A stretch of DNA of 63,453 nucleotides, filler included. It is 7 parts of 7 records of this genome, joined end to end, with 100 filler letters (N's around TTAATTAATTAA, not from the genome) between each part and the next. Parts side by side here need not be neighbours in the genome. Positions count along the whole stretch, not along the records: positions 6,142 to 13,108 come from SRR20825006_2355; positions 13,209 to 28,580 come from SRR20825006_2357; 5 more parts are not named here. One strand, written 5' to 3'. Under the pieces are notes generated by a model, which did not search any database, was not told where the DNA came from, and saw only the letters and a list, made by a program, of their open reading frames with translations. This document shows, in pieces, positions 9,661-19,909 of this stretch. The position numbers were made by a program, and so were the translations under genes. How positions within the stretch are numbered: position 1 is the stretch's first letter; every line of letters begins with the position of its first letter.

Positions 9661-12594
9661 TCAACCGCGCAGGCGGCCTCCTTCGGGGTCAATGAACACA
9701 GGGGGGCACACCTCGACAACCGTGTCGATGCCACGCATGGCATCCACCAGCCGCAACCGGTCACCATGGCGCGCGGCACCGCCCCGCACAAAGCCCAACG
9801 CGATATAGTGCCCAAAGTCCGGCGAGAACGCAGCCGAGGTCACATAGCCCTGATCATTTTCGGGCACCGCCTCCGCCCCTTCGGAATAAAGATGCGCACC
9901 AGCGGTGAGTTTCTTGATTGCTCCGGCGGGTTTGAAACCCACCATTTGCTCGCGGTCGTCTTCCAGCAGCCCGTCGCGGGCCGCCATCGTCTTGCCGATA
10001 CAATCCTTGTTCGCCGAGATCATCCGCTCCATGCCGATGTCAAAAGCCGTCGTGCGTCCGTGGATTTCGGAATGGGTGATATGCCCCTTTTCCACCCGCA
10101 GCACGTTCAGCGCCTCCATCCCATAGGCACCACCCGCCAGCGCCTCGGCCCGTTTGACCAGCACACGGAACAGCGCATCGCCATAGCGGGCGGGCACGGC
10201 CAGTTCATAGGCATGTTCGCCCGAGAACGAGATGCGGAACAGCCGCGCGTCGATCCCTGCCACACGCACCGGACCGCAGGCCATGAAGGGCCAGCTTTCG
10301 TTGTCGATGGGGCTTTCGACCAGCCCGTTCACCAGATCGCGCGATTTGGGGCCTGCGATGGCAAACTGCGCCCATTGTTCGGTCACCGACATGATCCGCA
10401 CGTCCCATTCGGGGTGGTGCACCTGGGTGATAAACTCCAGATGGCGCATCACCGGCCCTGCGGCCGCTGTCGTCGTGGTCATGACAAAATGCGTCTCGTC
10501 CAGCCGCGCGGTTGTGCCATCGTCCATCACGAACCCGTCTTCGCGCAGCATCAGACCATAGCGCACGCGCCCGACCTTGAGCGTGGAAAACATGTTGGTA
10601 TAGGCGAAATCCAGCAGCCTGGCGGCATCCGGCCCCTGAATGTCGATCTTGCCCAGCGTGGACACATCGCAGACGCCCACCGTGTTGCGGACAAAGCCGA
10701 CCTCGCGGTCGCAAGACTGTCTCCAGTTGCTCTCACCCTTACGGGGGAAATAGCTGGGGCGATACCATAGACCCGCCTCGATCATTGGCGCGCCCATAGC
10801 GACGCTGGCGGCGTGGGATGTGGTGTGGCGTTCGGGTGCGAACCCCTTAGCCCGTGACCCCGCGCCAAGTGCGGCCATGGTGACCGGCGTATAAGGCGGG
10901 CGGAACGTGGTGGTGCCTGTCTCGGGAATGCCCCGGCCCGTCGCGTCGGCCAGCACGGCCAGGGCGGCCACGTTCGAGTTCTTGCCCTGATCCGTCGCCA
11001 TACCTTGCGTGGTGTAGCGTTTCATATGCTCGACCGAGCGGAAGTTTTCCGTGGCGGCCTGTTTCACATCCTTGACGGTCACGTCATTCTGGAAATCCAG
11101 CCAAGCGCGGCCTTTGCCCGCGACGGCCCACAGCGGGGATATCGCGTAGGCGGCATCGTCGGCCACTGGCACCGCAACATCCGCCACCGACCGGCCCATG
11201 TCCTGCAAGACCGTCCGCGCGGCATCTGCGCCCGAGGACAGACAGCCGTGGGTCGAAAACACCCCCTGCGCTGCCCCCGCCACGGTCATGCCGGGGATCG
11301 CCCCTGCCGTCGGCACAAAGCTGGCGATGCCTTCGTCCCATGTGGGCCGCCCGTTCATGTGACAGGTCATGTGCACCGTCGGGTTCCAGCCGCCGGACAT
11401 GGCCAGACAGTCGGTCGCCAGCTTCTCCTGCCCCGAGGTGGTCCGGTAGGTGATCGCGTCCAGCCCCTTGCGGCCGGTGCTGTTGCACACCTGCGCGCCA
11501 CGGATCAGGCGATAGTCGCCCTGCGCCTGCGCGTCCGTGCGGCTGTCCAGAACCGCCGTCACGTGTACGCCCGCGTCGGTCAGGTCCAGCGCGGTGCGGT
11601 GGGCCGCGTCGTTGTTGGCGAATACCGTGACGGCCTTGCCCGGTGCCACACCCCAGCGGTTCAGATAGGCCCGCACCGCCCCCGCCGTCATGATGCCGGG
11701 GCGGTCGTTGTTCTGGAACGCGATGGGCCGCTCCAGCGCGCCGGCCGCCAGAATGCTGCGCTGTGCGACGATGCGCCAGAAGGTTTCGCGCGGCAGCCGC
11801 CCGTCGGGGCGCGCGATGTGGTGCGACACCCGTTCCAGCGCACCATAGGTGCCCTGATCGTAAGCCCCCGTGACCGTGGTGCGCGGCATCAGGCGCACGT
11901 TGTCCATGCCCGCAAGTTCGGCCACCACTTCGGCAGCCCAATCGGCCCCCGCCAGCCCGTCGACCGCCTCGGTCTCGGCCAGCAACCGCCCGCCCATGCG
12001 CGCGTCTTCGTCGGCCAGGATCACATCGGCCCCCGACCGCGCCGCGACCAATGCAGCCATCAGACCCGCAGGCCCCGCTCCGATCACCAACAGATCGCAG
12101 AAGGCATATGCCTTTTCATAGCGGTCCTGATCCGCCTGCCCGCTCAGCGCGCCCAGACCCGCCGCCCGCCGGATTGCAGGTTCGTAAAGCTTTTCCCAAA
12201 AGGCACGCGGCCACATGAAGGTCTTGTAATAGAATCCCGCCGACAGGAAGGGCGCGGCCAGATCGTTGACCGCCATCATGTCGAACGCCAGCGACGGAAA
12301 CGCGTTTTGCGACCGCACCTCCAGCCCCTCGTACAGCTCTTGCACAGTGGCGCGCACGTTGGGTTCGCGCCCTGCCCCCACGCCCACGGTCATCAGCGCG
12401 TTGGGCTCTTCGCTGCCTGCGGTCAGCACGCCGCGCGGGCGGTGGTACTTGAACGACCGTCCCATCAGTCGCACATCGTTGGCCAACAACGCCGAGGCGA
12501 CGGTGTCGCCGTCGAAGCCCTGGTATTCGACCCCGTCGAAACGGAAATGCACCGTGGTGTTGCGGTCGATGTGCCCTTTGCCCGAAACCCTCAT
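9661..12594 (-). CDS. soxA: Sarcosine oxidase subunit alpha family
   Basis: RSFKYHRPRG, GAGPAGL, KRYTTQGMATDQGK motifs; GcvT-like C-terminus. Confidence 0.96.
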   Translation of the reverse strand: MRVSGKGHIDRNTTVHFRFDGVEYQGFDGDTVASALLANDVRLMGRSFKYHRPRGVLTAGSEEPNALMTVGVGAGREPNVRATVQELYEGLEVRSQNAFPSLAFDMMAVNDLAAPFLSAGFYYKTFMWPRAFWEKLYEPAIRRAAGLGALSGQADQDRYEKAYAFCDLLVIGAGPAGLMAALVAARSGADVILADEDARMGGRLLAETEAVDGLAGADWAAEVVAELAGMDNVRLMPRTTVTGAYDQGTYGALERVSHHIARPDGRLPRETFWRIVAQRSILAAGALERPIAFQNNDRPGIMTAGAVRAYLNRWGVAPGKAVTVFANNDAAHRTALDLTDAGVHVTAVLDSRTDAQAQGDYRLIRGAQVCNSTGRKGLDAITYRTTSGQEKLATDCLAMSGGWNPTVHMTCHMNGRPTWDEGIASFVPTAGAIPGMTVAGAAQGVFSTHGCLSSGADAARTVLQDMGRSVADVAVPVADDAAYAISPLWAVAGKGRAWLDFQNDVTVKDVKQAATENFRSVEHMKRYTTQGMATDQGKNSNVAALAVLADATGRGIPETGTTTFRPPYTPVTMAALGAGSRAKGFAPERHTTSHAASVAMGAPMIEAGLWYRPSYFPRKGESNWRQSCDREVGFVRNTVGVCDVSTLGKIDIQGPDAARLLDFAYTNMFSTLKVGRVRYGLMLREDGFVMDDGTTARLDETHFVMTTTTAAAGPVMRHLEFITQVHHPEWDVRIMSVTEQWAQFAIAGPKSRDLVNGLVESPIDNESWPFMACGPVRVAGIDARLFRISFSGEHAYELAVPARYGDALFRVLVKRAEALAGGAYGMEALNVLRVEKGHITHSEIHGRTTAFDIGMERMISANKDCIGKTMAARDGLLEDDREQMVGFKPAGAIKKLTAGAHLYSEGAEAVPENDQGYVTSAAFSPDFGHYIALGFVRGGAARHGDRLRLVDAMRGIDTVVEVCPPVFIDPEGGRLRG

Positions 12595-12854
12595 TGCGCG
12601 GCCTCCGACGCCAGCTTCGCGCCCAGAACCGCGTGGGTCACCGTATTGCGTGTCACCACCAGCCAGGCGCCACAGCCTGCGTCATGGCTCCACAATTCCT
12701 CATGATCGCCGGGCAAATTCTCGCGCAGGTATACGTAATCCTGCCACGCATCGGCATCCGCATCGGGTGCGGGCCGGTGCAGCGCCACGGCTGCCCCCTG
12801 ATAGTAAAACTCGCGGCGGTCCCGTTCTCCGCAGATCGGACAAGGCAAGCGCAT
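12591..12854 (-). CDS. soxD: Sarcosine oxidase subunit delta
   Basis: CPICGER...EF, YLRENL, HDAGC and RNTVTH motifs. Confidence 0.93.
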   Translation of the reverse strand: MRLPCPICGERDRREFYYQGAAVALHRPAPDADADAWQDYVYLRENLPGDHEELWSHDAGCGAWLVVTRNTVTHAVLGAKLASEAAQ

Positions 12855-12939
12855 GTTCAGTTCCTCTTGATGCGCAGCGTGCGCATCTTCTCTGGTTCAA
12901 AAATGTTTCTGGCCCAAGCCCCGTCAGGAGCCCCGGCAA

Positions 12940-13108
12940 TCAGTGCAGATTGTGCTGAGACCCGGTGGCCTCTTCGTCCAAGATACCGCGCCCGGTGCGG
13001 AAACGGTCCAGCCGCAGCTTGGCCGCGACCGGGTGCGGTGTGTCCGTGGCCAGCAAATGCGCAAATGTGTGCCCCGAGGCCGGGGTCGCCTTGAACCCGC
13101 CATAGCAC
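12940..13108 (-). CDS. soxB: Sarcosine oxidase subunit beta, C-terminal fragment
   Basis: Manual translation YGGFKATPASG...LDRFRTGRGILDEEATGSQHNLH*; lies upstream of soxD. Confidence 0.85.
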
Positions 13109-13208
13109 NNNNNNNNNNNNNNNNNNNNNNNNNNNNNNNNNNNNNNNNNNNNTTAATTAATTAANNNNNNNNNNNNNNNNNNNNNNNNNNNNNNNNNNNN
13201 NNNNNNNN
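13109..13208. other. Artificial contig-joining spacer
   Basis: N run with TTAATTAATTAA. Confidence 0.99.
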
Positions 13209-13553
13209 CAGAACATCGCCGAAGAGGGCCGCACCGACATGACTTGGTCGTGCCCCAACGATCAGGTCAAGCGCGCCGAGAAGGCGATGGAACAGGCCAA
13301 GCAATCCGGCGTGATCAACTTTGACGAGATGATTGCCGATATGGACGTGGCCAAGGTCAGCATCGTCGGCATCGGCATGCGCAGCCACACCGGCGTGGCC
13401 GCCAAGATGTTCCAGGTGCTGTCGAACGAAGGCATCAACATCAAGGTCATCACCACCTCCGAGATCAAGATCAGTGTGCTGATCGACCGCAAGTACATGG
13501 AGTTGGCAGTTCAGGCCTTGCACGACGCATTCGAGCTGGAAAAAGCCGCTTAA
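13209..13553 (+). CDS. lysC: Aspartate kinase, C-terminal ACT domains (5' truncated)
   Basis: AKVSIVGIGMRSH...ITTSEIKISVLI...ALHDAFEL; lysC-ptsP order. Confidence 0.95.
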   Translation, partial: QNIAEEGRTDMTWSCPNDQVKRAEKAMEQAKQSGVINFDEMIADMDVAKVSIVGIGMRSHTGVAAKMFQVLSNEGINIKVITTSEIKISVLIDRKYMELAVQALHDAFELEKAA

Positions 13554-13710
13554 TCTCAGGGCACTACGCGCCGGGCCGCCTGCACTTAGGGCAGTCATTG
13601 CGACATTCCGCAAAGGCATGTGGCAAATCCGCGGCTCGGGCGCAAAACCCGTTTCTTATTGGCGTCCGGTGTGATCTAAGCTGTTACCGGACACCAAGGG
13701 GGGCGCCAGA

Positions 13711-15948
13711 ATGACAGAGCGCACAGACACCGAGAGCCGCAAATTGCTGGGCCGGCTGCGCGACGAACTGGCGCAGGATGCACCCGGACAGACACGGTTG
13801 GACAAGATCACCGCGCTGATCGCGTCGTCCATGGGCTGCGAGGTGTGTTCGATCTATCTGTTCCGCGATCAGGAGACGCTGGAACTGTGCGCCACCGAAG
13901 GGCTGAAGCCCGAGGCGGTCCACCAGACGCGGATGCGCCTGGGCGAGGGGCTGGTGGGCCGTGTGGCCCAACGTCGGCAGGTGGTGAACACCGCCAACGC
14001 ACCCAAGGCCAGCGGTTTCCGTTTCATGCCCGAAACCGGCGAAGAGGTCTATTCCAGCTTTCTGGGCATTCCCGTGCAGCGTCTGGGCGAGGCGCTGGGC
14101 GTGCTGGTCGTGCAATCCAAGGATGCGCGCGAATTTTCCGCTGACGAGGTTTATGCGCTGGAAGTCGTCGCGATGGTGCTGGCCGAAATGACCGAGCTGG
14201 GCGCCTTTGTGGGCGAGGGCGCCGCGATGTCCGCCCGCCACAGCCATCCGGTGATGATCAAGGGCACGACAGGCCAGGAGGGCGTGGCCGAGGGCCACAT
14301 CTGGCTGCACGAGCCGCGTGTGGTGGTCGTGAACCCGATTGCCGACGATCCGCAACGCGAAATGGAGCGGCTGAACGCGGCCGTGGATGAATTGCGCATC
14401 GGCGTGGACAAGATGCTGAGCCTTGCCGGACCCGACCAGGAGCAGCGGCAGGTTCTGGAAGCCTACCGGATGTTCGCCAACTCCAAGAGCTGGATGCGGC
14501 GCATGGAAGAGGACATTGGCCGCGGGCTGAGCGCCGAGGCGGCGGTGGAAAAGGAACAATCGCTGGCGCGTGCGCGTGTGGGTCAAGCCTCGGACGGCTA
14601 TCTGCGCGAACGGCTGAGCGATCTGGACGACCTGTCGAACCGTCTGCTGCGCATCCTGACCGGTCAGGGACAGGATACGGGCGCGGAAATGCCGCCCGAT
14701 CCGATCCTTGTGGCGCGTAACATCGGCCCGGGCGAATTGCTGGACTATGGCCGCAGCCTGAAAGGGATCGTGCTCGAGGCCGGTTCGGTCGGCAGCCATG
14801 CGGCGATTGTCGCGCGGGCGCTGGCAATTCCGCTGGTGGTGCATGCCAAAGGCATCACCACCGAGGCGTTGAACGGTGATCCGGTGATGGTTGATGGCGA
14901 TCAGGGCATCGTGCATCTGCGACCAGACGACAACGTGGTCTCCGCCTTTCGCGACAAGATCGCGATGCAGGCCGAGGCGCTGCAACGCTATGCGTCGATC
15001 CGCGACAAGCCTGCGGAAACCCTGTGCGGTGCCAAGATTGATCTGATGATGAACGCGGGCCTGATGGCCGATCTGCCGTCCCTGCCGTCGTCCGGCGCCG
15101 AAGGGGTGGGGCTGTTCCGCACCGAATTGCAGTTTCTCGTGCGCAACCAGATGCCGAAACGCTCTGAGTTGAGCGCGCTGTATGCCCGTGTCATGGACGC
15201 GGCACAGGGCAAGCCGGTGGTGTTCCGCACGCTGGATATCGGGTCGGACAAGGTCCTGACCTACATGAAACCCAACGACGAGCCCAACCCCGCGATGGGG
15301 TGGCGTGCCATCCGCGTCGGCCTGGACAAGCCCGGCATATTGCGGATGCAGTTGCAGGCGCTGATGCGCGCTGCGAACGGGCGGCCTTTGTACGTGATGT
15401 TCCCCTTCGTGGCGCAGTACGAAGAGTACACACAGGCCCGCGACGAGGTGAACAAGGCGCTGGAACGCGAGCGGCGTCTGGGCCATCCGTTGCCGTCAAA
15501 GATCGAAGTTGGCGCGATGCTGGAAACGCCGTCATTGGGCTTTGCGCCGCGCAAGTTCTTTGAAGAGGTCGACTTCATCTCCATCGGGGGCAACGACCTC
15601 AAACAGTTCTTCTTTGCCGCCGACCGCGAGAACGAGCGGGTGCGTCGGCGTTATGACACCCTGAACGTCAGCTTTCTGAGCTTTCTCGAGCAGATCGTGG
15701 AGCGGTGTGCGGCAAGCAACACGCCGGTTTCCTTCTGTGGCGAGGACGCCGGTCGTCCTGTCGAGGCGTTGTGTCTGGCGGCCATCGGCCTGCGGCGTCT
15801 GTCGATGCGACCTGCGTCGATCGGGCCGGTGAAGTCGCTGCTGCGGCGGTCGAATCTCGAGGAATTGCGCAAGGTGATTGCGGATACACGCCATCGCGGC
15901 GCGATGTCCGTCCGACCGGCCGTGATGGAGTGGTTGCGCGACCAGTGA
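13711..15948 (+). CDS. ptsP: PTS enzyme I-Ntr (GAF + EI)
   Basis: N-terminal GAF domain, GSHAAIV phospho-His, GVGLFRTE, RTLDIGSDK and SIGGNDL motifs. Confidence 0.97.
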   Translation: MTERTDTESRKLLGRLRDELAQDAPGQTRLDKITALIASSMGCEVCSIYLFRDQETLELCATEGLKPEAVHQTRMRLGEGLVGRVAQRRQVVNTANAPKASGFRFMPETGEEVYSSFLGIPVQRLGEALGVLVVQSKDAREFSADEVYALEVVAMVLAEMTELGAFVGEGAAMSARHSHPVMIKGTTGQEGVAEGHIWLHEPRVVVVNPIADDPQREMERLNAAVDELRIGVDKMLSLAGPDQEQRQVLEAYRMFANSKSWMRRMEEDIGRGLSAEAAVEKEQSLARARVGQASDGYLRERLSDLDDLSNRLLRILTGQGQDTGAEMPPDPILVARNIGPGELLDYGRSLKGIVLEAGSVGSHAAIVARALAIPLVVHAKGITTEALNGDPVMVDGDQGIVHLRPDDNVVSAFRDKIAMQAEALQRYASIRDKPAETLCGAKIDLMMNAGLMADLPSLPSSGAEGVGLFRTELQFLVRNQMPKRSELSALYARVMDAAQGKPVVFRTLDIGSDKVLTYMKPNDEPNPAMGWRAIRVGLDKPGILRMQLQALMRAANGRPLYVMFPFVAQYEEYTQARDEVNKALERERRLGHPLPSKIEVGAMLETPSLGFAPRKFFEEVDFISIGGNDLKQFFFAADRENERVRRRYDTLNVSFLSFLEQIVERCAASNTPVSFCGEDAGRPVEALCLAAIGLRRLSMRPASIGPVKSLLRRSNLEELRKVIADTRHRGAMSVRPAVMEWLRDQ

Positions 15949-16643
15949 TCGGGTGATTTTGCTGGATTTTTGCTTTCATAATGAGAACATAAATCCGCAA
16001 TTTTTTCCTGTGAACTTCTCATATCTTGTCCTTTATTTGCTTTTTATGAGTTATCCACAGCTTTGCGGTGCGCCTCATTTTAGGTGGAAAAAAGTGTGCT
16101 TAAACCGTTTGAAATCCGGTTATCTTCGCCAGTTCGACGCGGCTTTCTTGCGTTCGCGCGAAATGACATGATTTAAACCGACTGCGGCCAAAGTTTTTGG
16201 CGCGGCTGTGGATAAGTGGGCGGCGCCCTTATTGTTTAATTACATGAGTTTGTGCGCCATGGCTCACCAGGGTTGCAGAGTTATCCACAAGCTGAGCCCG
16301 CAGTCGCCAAGGCAGAAACCCGCCGCTTTTTGATTGGATGCTGCATCCTGATCTATCCGCGAACTTTGACGGTCACGCGCGTTCCAGAGGCCTGCATTCT
16401 CTGAGGTTCTGCGGCTAAACCTATGGATTCCAAGTCCGATATCCTGTGCAGCCACAATAAAACAATCCCATGCCGATACAGAGCGAAGGATTTCGGGCCA
16501 ACGGAATAGCAAAGCAATTTCAACTGATTGTGGCCAGTTTCAAATGTCGCTCCATCTCTGTTGTCATTCCCCGTGTCATGACATTACGTTGACACGAAAG
16601 ATGCGGCGCTGCTCGGTGGGTGGCGCGATGAAAAGGGTTACAG
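15949..16643. promoter_or_regulatory. AT-rich intergenic region with three perfect DnaA boxes; candidate oriC or other DnaA-binding locus
   Basis: TTATCCACA at 16051 and 16281, TGTGGATAA at 16207; AT-rich tract about 15955-16050; no credible ORF. Confidence 0.6.
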
Positions 16644-17414
16644 ATGACTTCCTTCGCCACCTTCCATGACCTTGCGGATGCCTCTGTGTTCATCACCGGC
16701 GGTGGCTCGGGCATCGGGGCCGCTTTGACCGAGGGCTTTCTCGCGCAAGGGGCCAAGGTTGCCTTTGTACAGCGGTCGGATGCCAGTGATTTTGTTGCAC
16801 AGATCTCTGGCAAATATGTACATGATCCGCTGTTCCTGCCTTGCGACATCACAGACATTGGTGCGTTGACGGATGCGATGCACACCGCGGCCCGGGCGCA
16901 CGGGCCGATCACGCGGCTGGTGAACAACGCCGCCAACGACACCCGCCAGAACATCGCGGACACCACCGTTCAGGACTGGGACGCGAGCCAGAACGTCAAC
17001 CTGCGCCCGCATTTCTTCACCGCGCAGACCGCCGCCCCGATGATGAAAGCTGCGGGCTATGGCTCTATCGTGAATTTCTCGTCGATTTCCTACATGATGG
17101 GGATGGCGGGCATGGCGGGTTATGTGACGGCCAAGGCGGCGGTGACCGGTCTGACCCGTGCTCTGGCGCGCGAGCTTGGGCCGGACCAGATTCGCGTGAA
17201 TGCAGTGATGCCCGGCTGGGTTCTGACACAGCGGCAGATGGACCTGTGGGCCACGCCCGAGGATCTGGCCGCGCATCTGGTGCGGCAATGTCTGCCCGAG
17301 CATCTGGCCCCGCGTGACATTGTCGATGCGGTGTTGTTCCTGTCCTCGCAGGCCAGCCGCATGATGACGGGGCAGGCGATGGTTGTAGACGGCGGCGTGG
17401 CGGTGTCGGGATGA
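16644..17414 (+). CDS. SDR family sugar dehydrogenase (galactose/xylose dehydrogenase-like)
   Basis: TGGGSGIG, NNAAND and YVTAK motifs; operonic with dgoK and dgoA. Confidence 0.88.
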   Translation: MTSFATFHDLADASVFITGGGSGIGAALTEGFLAQGAKVAFVQRSDASDFVAQISGKYVHDPLFLPCDITDIGALTDAMHTAARAHGPITRLVNNAANDTRQNIADTTVQDWDASQNVNLRPHFFTAQTAAPMMKAAGYGSIVNFSSISYMMGMAGMAGYVTAKAAVTGLTRALARELGPDQIRVNAVMPGWVLTQRQMDLWATPEDLAAHLVRQCLPEHLAPRDIVDAVLFLSSQASRMMTGQAMVVDGGVAVSG

Positions 17415-18310
17415 ACGTCGACTGGATCGCGGTCGATTGGGGGACGACCCACCTGCGCCTGTGGCTGATGGCGGCGGATGGCTCTGTGCTGGACGCCCGG
17501 CACAGCGATCGCGGCATGGGCACGCTGACCCCGTCAGACTATGAACCGGCGCTTCTGGCGCTGTGCGAAGATGCGCTGGGGCAGGGACCGGTTCCAGTGA
17601 TTGTTTGCGGCATGGCCGGTGCGCGGCAGGGTTGGGCCGAGGCACCCTATACGAGCGTCCCCTGCACCCCGCCCGATGCACAGTCAGCGTTACAGGTTCC
17701 GACACAGGACCAGCGGTTGCAGGTCCACATCCTGCCCGGCGTCAGCCAGCGCAGCCCCGCCGACGTGATGCGTGGCGAAGAGACCCAGATCAAGGGGGTG
17801 GTCGCCACACAGGACGGTTTCGACGGCATCGCCTGTCTGCCCGGCACCCACACCAAATGGGCGCATCTGAGCGCGGGCGAGATCGTCAGCTTTCAGACCT
17901 TCATGACGGGCGAGCTTTTTGCACTGCTGTCTGGGCAATCGGTGTTGCGACATTCTGTGGCCGCTGACGGTTGGGATGACACCGCTTTCGCCAATGCCGT
18001 GGACGCGGCGATCAGTCGCCCGCAAGCCATTGCTGCCAAGCTGTTTGGTCTGCGCGCCGAGGCTTTGCTGGACGGGTTGGACGGTGCAACCGCGCGCGCG
18101 CGCCTGTCGGGCCTTTTGATCGGGATCGAACTGGCCGCCGCGAAACCCTATTGGCTGGGCCAGCAGGTCGCGGTGATCGGTGCCGCCGCCTCCGCCGACG
18201 CCTATCAGACCGCCCTGACAGCGCAGGGCGTGCCCGTCCTGCGTCTGGACCCCACCGAGATGACATTGGCAGGCCTGCGCGCCGCCCATGCAGAACTGGA
18301 GCGCACATGA
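17411..18310 (+). CDS. dgoK: 2-dehydro-3-deoxygalactonokinase
   Basis: AVDWGTT, DVMRGEETQ, PGTHTKW and FMTGELF motifs. Confidence 0.94.
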   Translation: MNVDWIAVDWGTTHLRLWLMAADGSVLDARHSDRGMGTLTPSDYEPALLALCEDALGQGPVPVIVCGMAGARQGWAEAPYTSVPCTPPDAQSALQVPTQDQRLQVHILPGVSQRSPADVMRGEETQIKGVVATQDGFDGIACLPGTHTKWAHLSAGEIVSFQTFMTGELFALLSGQSVLRHSVAADGWDDTAFANAVDAAISRPQAIAAKLFGLRAEALLDGLDGATARARLSGLLIGIELAAAKPYWLGQQVAVIGAAASADAYQTALTAQGVPVLRLDPTEMTLAGLRAAHAELERT

Positions 18311-18918
18311 GCCGCAACATCATCGCCATCCTACGTGGCATCACCCCACCCGAGGCCTTGCCCGTCTGCGAGGCGCTGATCGCGGCGGGGGTGACCAAGA
18401 TCGAGGTGCCGCTGAATTCGCCTGATCCATTTGACAGCATCCGGCAAATGCAGGCCGAATTCGGGCATGCGGCCGTGATTGGTGCAGGCACTGTGCTGAA
18501 CGTTGCCGATGTCGAGCGGCTGGCCGATATTGACGCGCAGATGGTCGTGTCGCCGGATTGCAACATCGCGGTGATCGCGGCCACCAAGGGGGCGGGCATG
18601 TTGTCCTATCCGGGGTGTTTGACGCCCACCGAATGTTTTGCCGCGTTGGCTACGGGGGCTGACGGGATCAAGATTTTCCCGTCCTTCCTGCTGGGCACCA
18701 AGGGCCTGCAAGCCCTGCGCGCGGTGTTGCCGGAAACGGCGCAGGTCTTTGCTGTGGGCGGTGTCGGAGCAGAACATTTTGGCGACTGGCTGGCAGTGGG
18801 GGCGAACGGCTTTGGCATCGGCACGGCGCTCTATGCACCCGGCATGTCTGCAGGGGACGTGCGGGCCCGCGCCGCGGGCATCGTTGCGGCATATGATTTG
18901 GCAAAAGAGGGCCTATAA
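18307..18918 (+). CDS. dgoA: 2-dehydro-3-deoxy-6-phosphogalactonate aldolase
   Basis: IAILRG, IEVPLNSP, GAGTVL and KIFP motifs; ATGA overlap with dgoK. Confidence 0.93.
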   Translation: MSRNIIAILRGITPPEALPVCEALIAAGVTKIEVPLNSPDPFDSIRQMQAEFGHAAVIGAGTVLNVADVERLADIDAQMVVSPDCNIAVIAATKGAGMLSYPGCLTPTECFAALATGADGIKIFPSFLLGTKGLQALRAVLPETAQVFAVGGVGAEHFGDWLAVGANGFGIGTALYAPGMSAGDVRARAAGIVAAYDLAKEGL

Positions 18919-19764
18919 ATGGATATTTTCAGCGACACCGTCTGCACGCTTGGCGAAGGCCCGTTGTGGCACCCTGAGCGCAAGCAACTGTTCTGGTTTG
19001 ATATTGTAGGAAAAAAGCTGTTGAGCCGGACGGCGGCAGGCGAACAGATCTGGTCGTTCGACGATCACGTCTCGGCGGCGGGCTGGATCGACAGGACGCG
19101 GCTTTTGATTGCCTCGGAACGGGCGCTCTTTACCTTCGACGTGGACACGGGCGCGCAAGACCATGTTGTCGCGCTGGAGGCTGACAATACCGTCACACGG
19201 TCCAATGACGGGCGTGCCGACCCGCAGGGCGGCTTCTGGATCGGCACAATGGGCAAGGAAAAAGAACGCAAGGCGGGGGCGATCTATCGCTACTACCGCG
19301 GCGAGTTGCGCAAGCTGGTCGATCAGGTGACCGTCAGCAACGCCATCTGTTTCAGCCCTGACGGGCGCCACGCCTATTACGCCGACACGGTGACGCAGCT
19401 GATCATGCGCACGGCTCTGGACGGCGATGGCTGGCCAGCGGGCGAAGCTGAGGTTTTTGTCGATCTGCGCGCCGACGGGGTGTTCCCCGATGGGGCGGTG
19501 GTGGACGCCACGGGTCACTTGTGGAGTGCGCAATGGGGTGCCAGCCGCGTTGCCTGTTACACGCCCGACGGAGATTTTATGCGGGCGTTCGACGTGCCGG
19601 CGGTTCAGGCGTCATGCCCCAGTTTCGGCGGCGATGATCTGCGGACGCTTTACGTGACCTCTGCCGCCGTGAACCGCGACGGCGCGGCCGAGCCGCAGGC
19701 AGGCATGACCTTTACCATGCCGATGGATGTGACAGGGCAGGCCGAGCATCGCGTGATCCTGTAG
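18919..19764 (+). CDS. SMP-30/gluconolactonase family lactonase
   Basis: LGEGPLW, RSNDGR, SNAICFSPD and PDG motifs. Confidence 0.92.
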   Translation: MDIFSDTVCTLGEGPLWHPERKQLFWFDIVGKKLLSRTAAGEQIWSFDDHVSAAGWIDRTRLLIASERALFTFDVDTGAQDHVVALEADNTVTRSNDGRADPQGGFWIGTMGKEKERKAGAIYRYYRGELRKLVDQVTVSNAICFSPDGRHAYYADTVTQLIMRTALDGDGWPAGEAEVFVDLRADGVFPDGAVVDATGHLWSAQWGASRVACYTPDGDFMRAFDVPAVQASCPSFGGDDLRTLYVTSAAVNRDGAAEPQAGMTFTMPMDVTGQAEHRVIL

Positions 19765-19909
19765 GTCCACCGCGATCATAGCGCGTCAAAAAGGGAACTT
19801 CGCACCTGAGTGCTGCGTTGCAGTATCATGGTCTGTCTGCCAAGGCGCTCTGCCTTGGTGCATACCGGCCTGCGCCTTGCGCGGGAAAACCGATGTCATA
19901 GGCGGACAG

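Noticed and set aside
7497-15486. Long antisense ORFs (e.g. 7497-9056, 11005-12705, 13684-15486; likewise 29939-31606 and 62207-63412)
   Set aside because: They are shadow frames opposite well-supported genes in GC-rich DNA and have no recognisable motifs.
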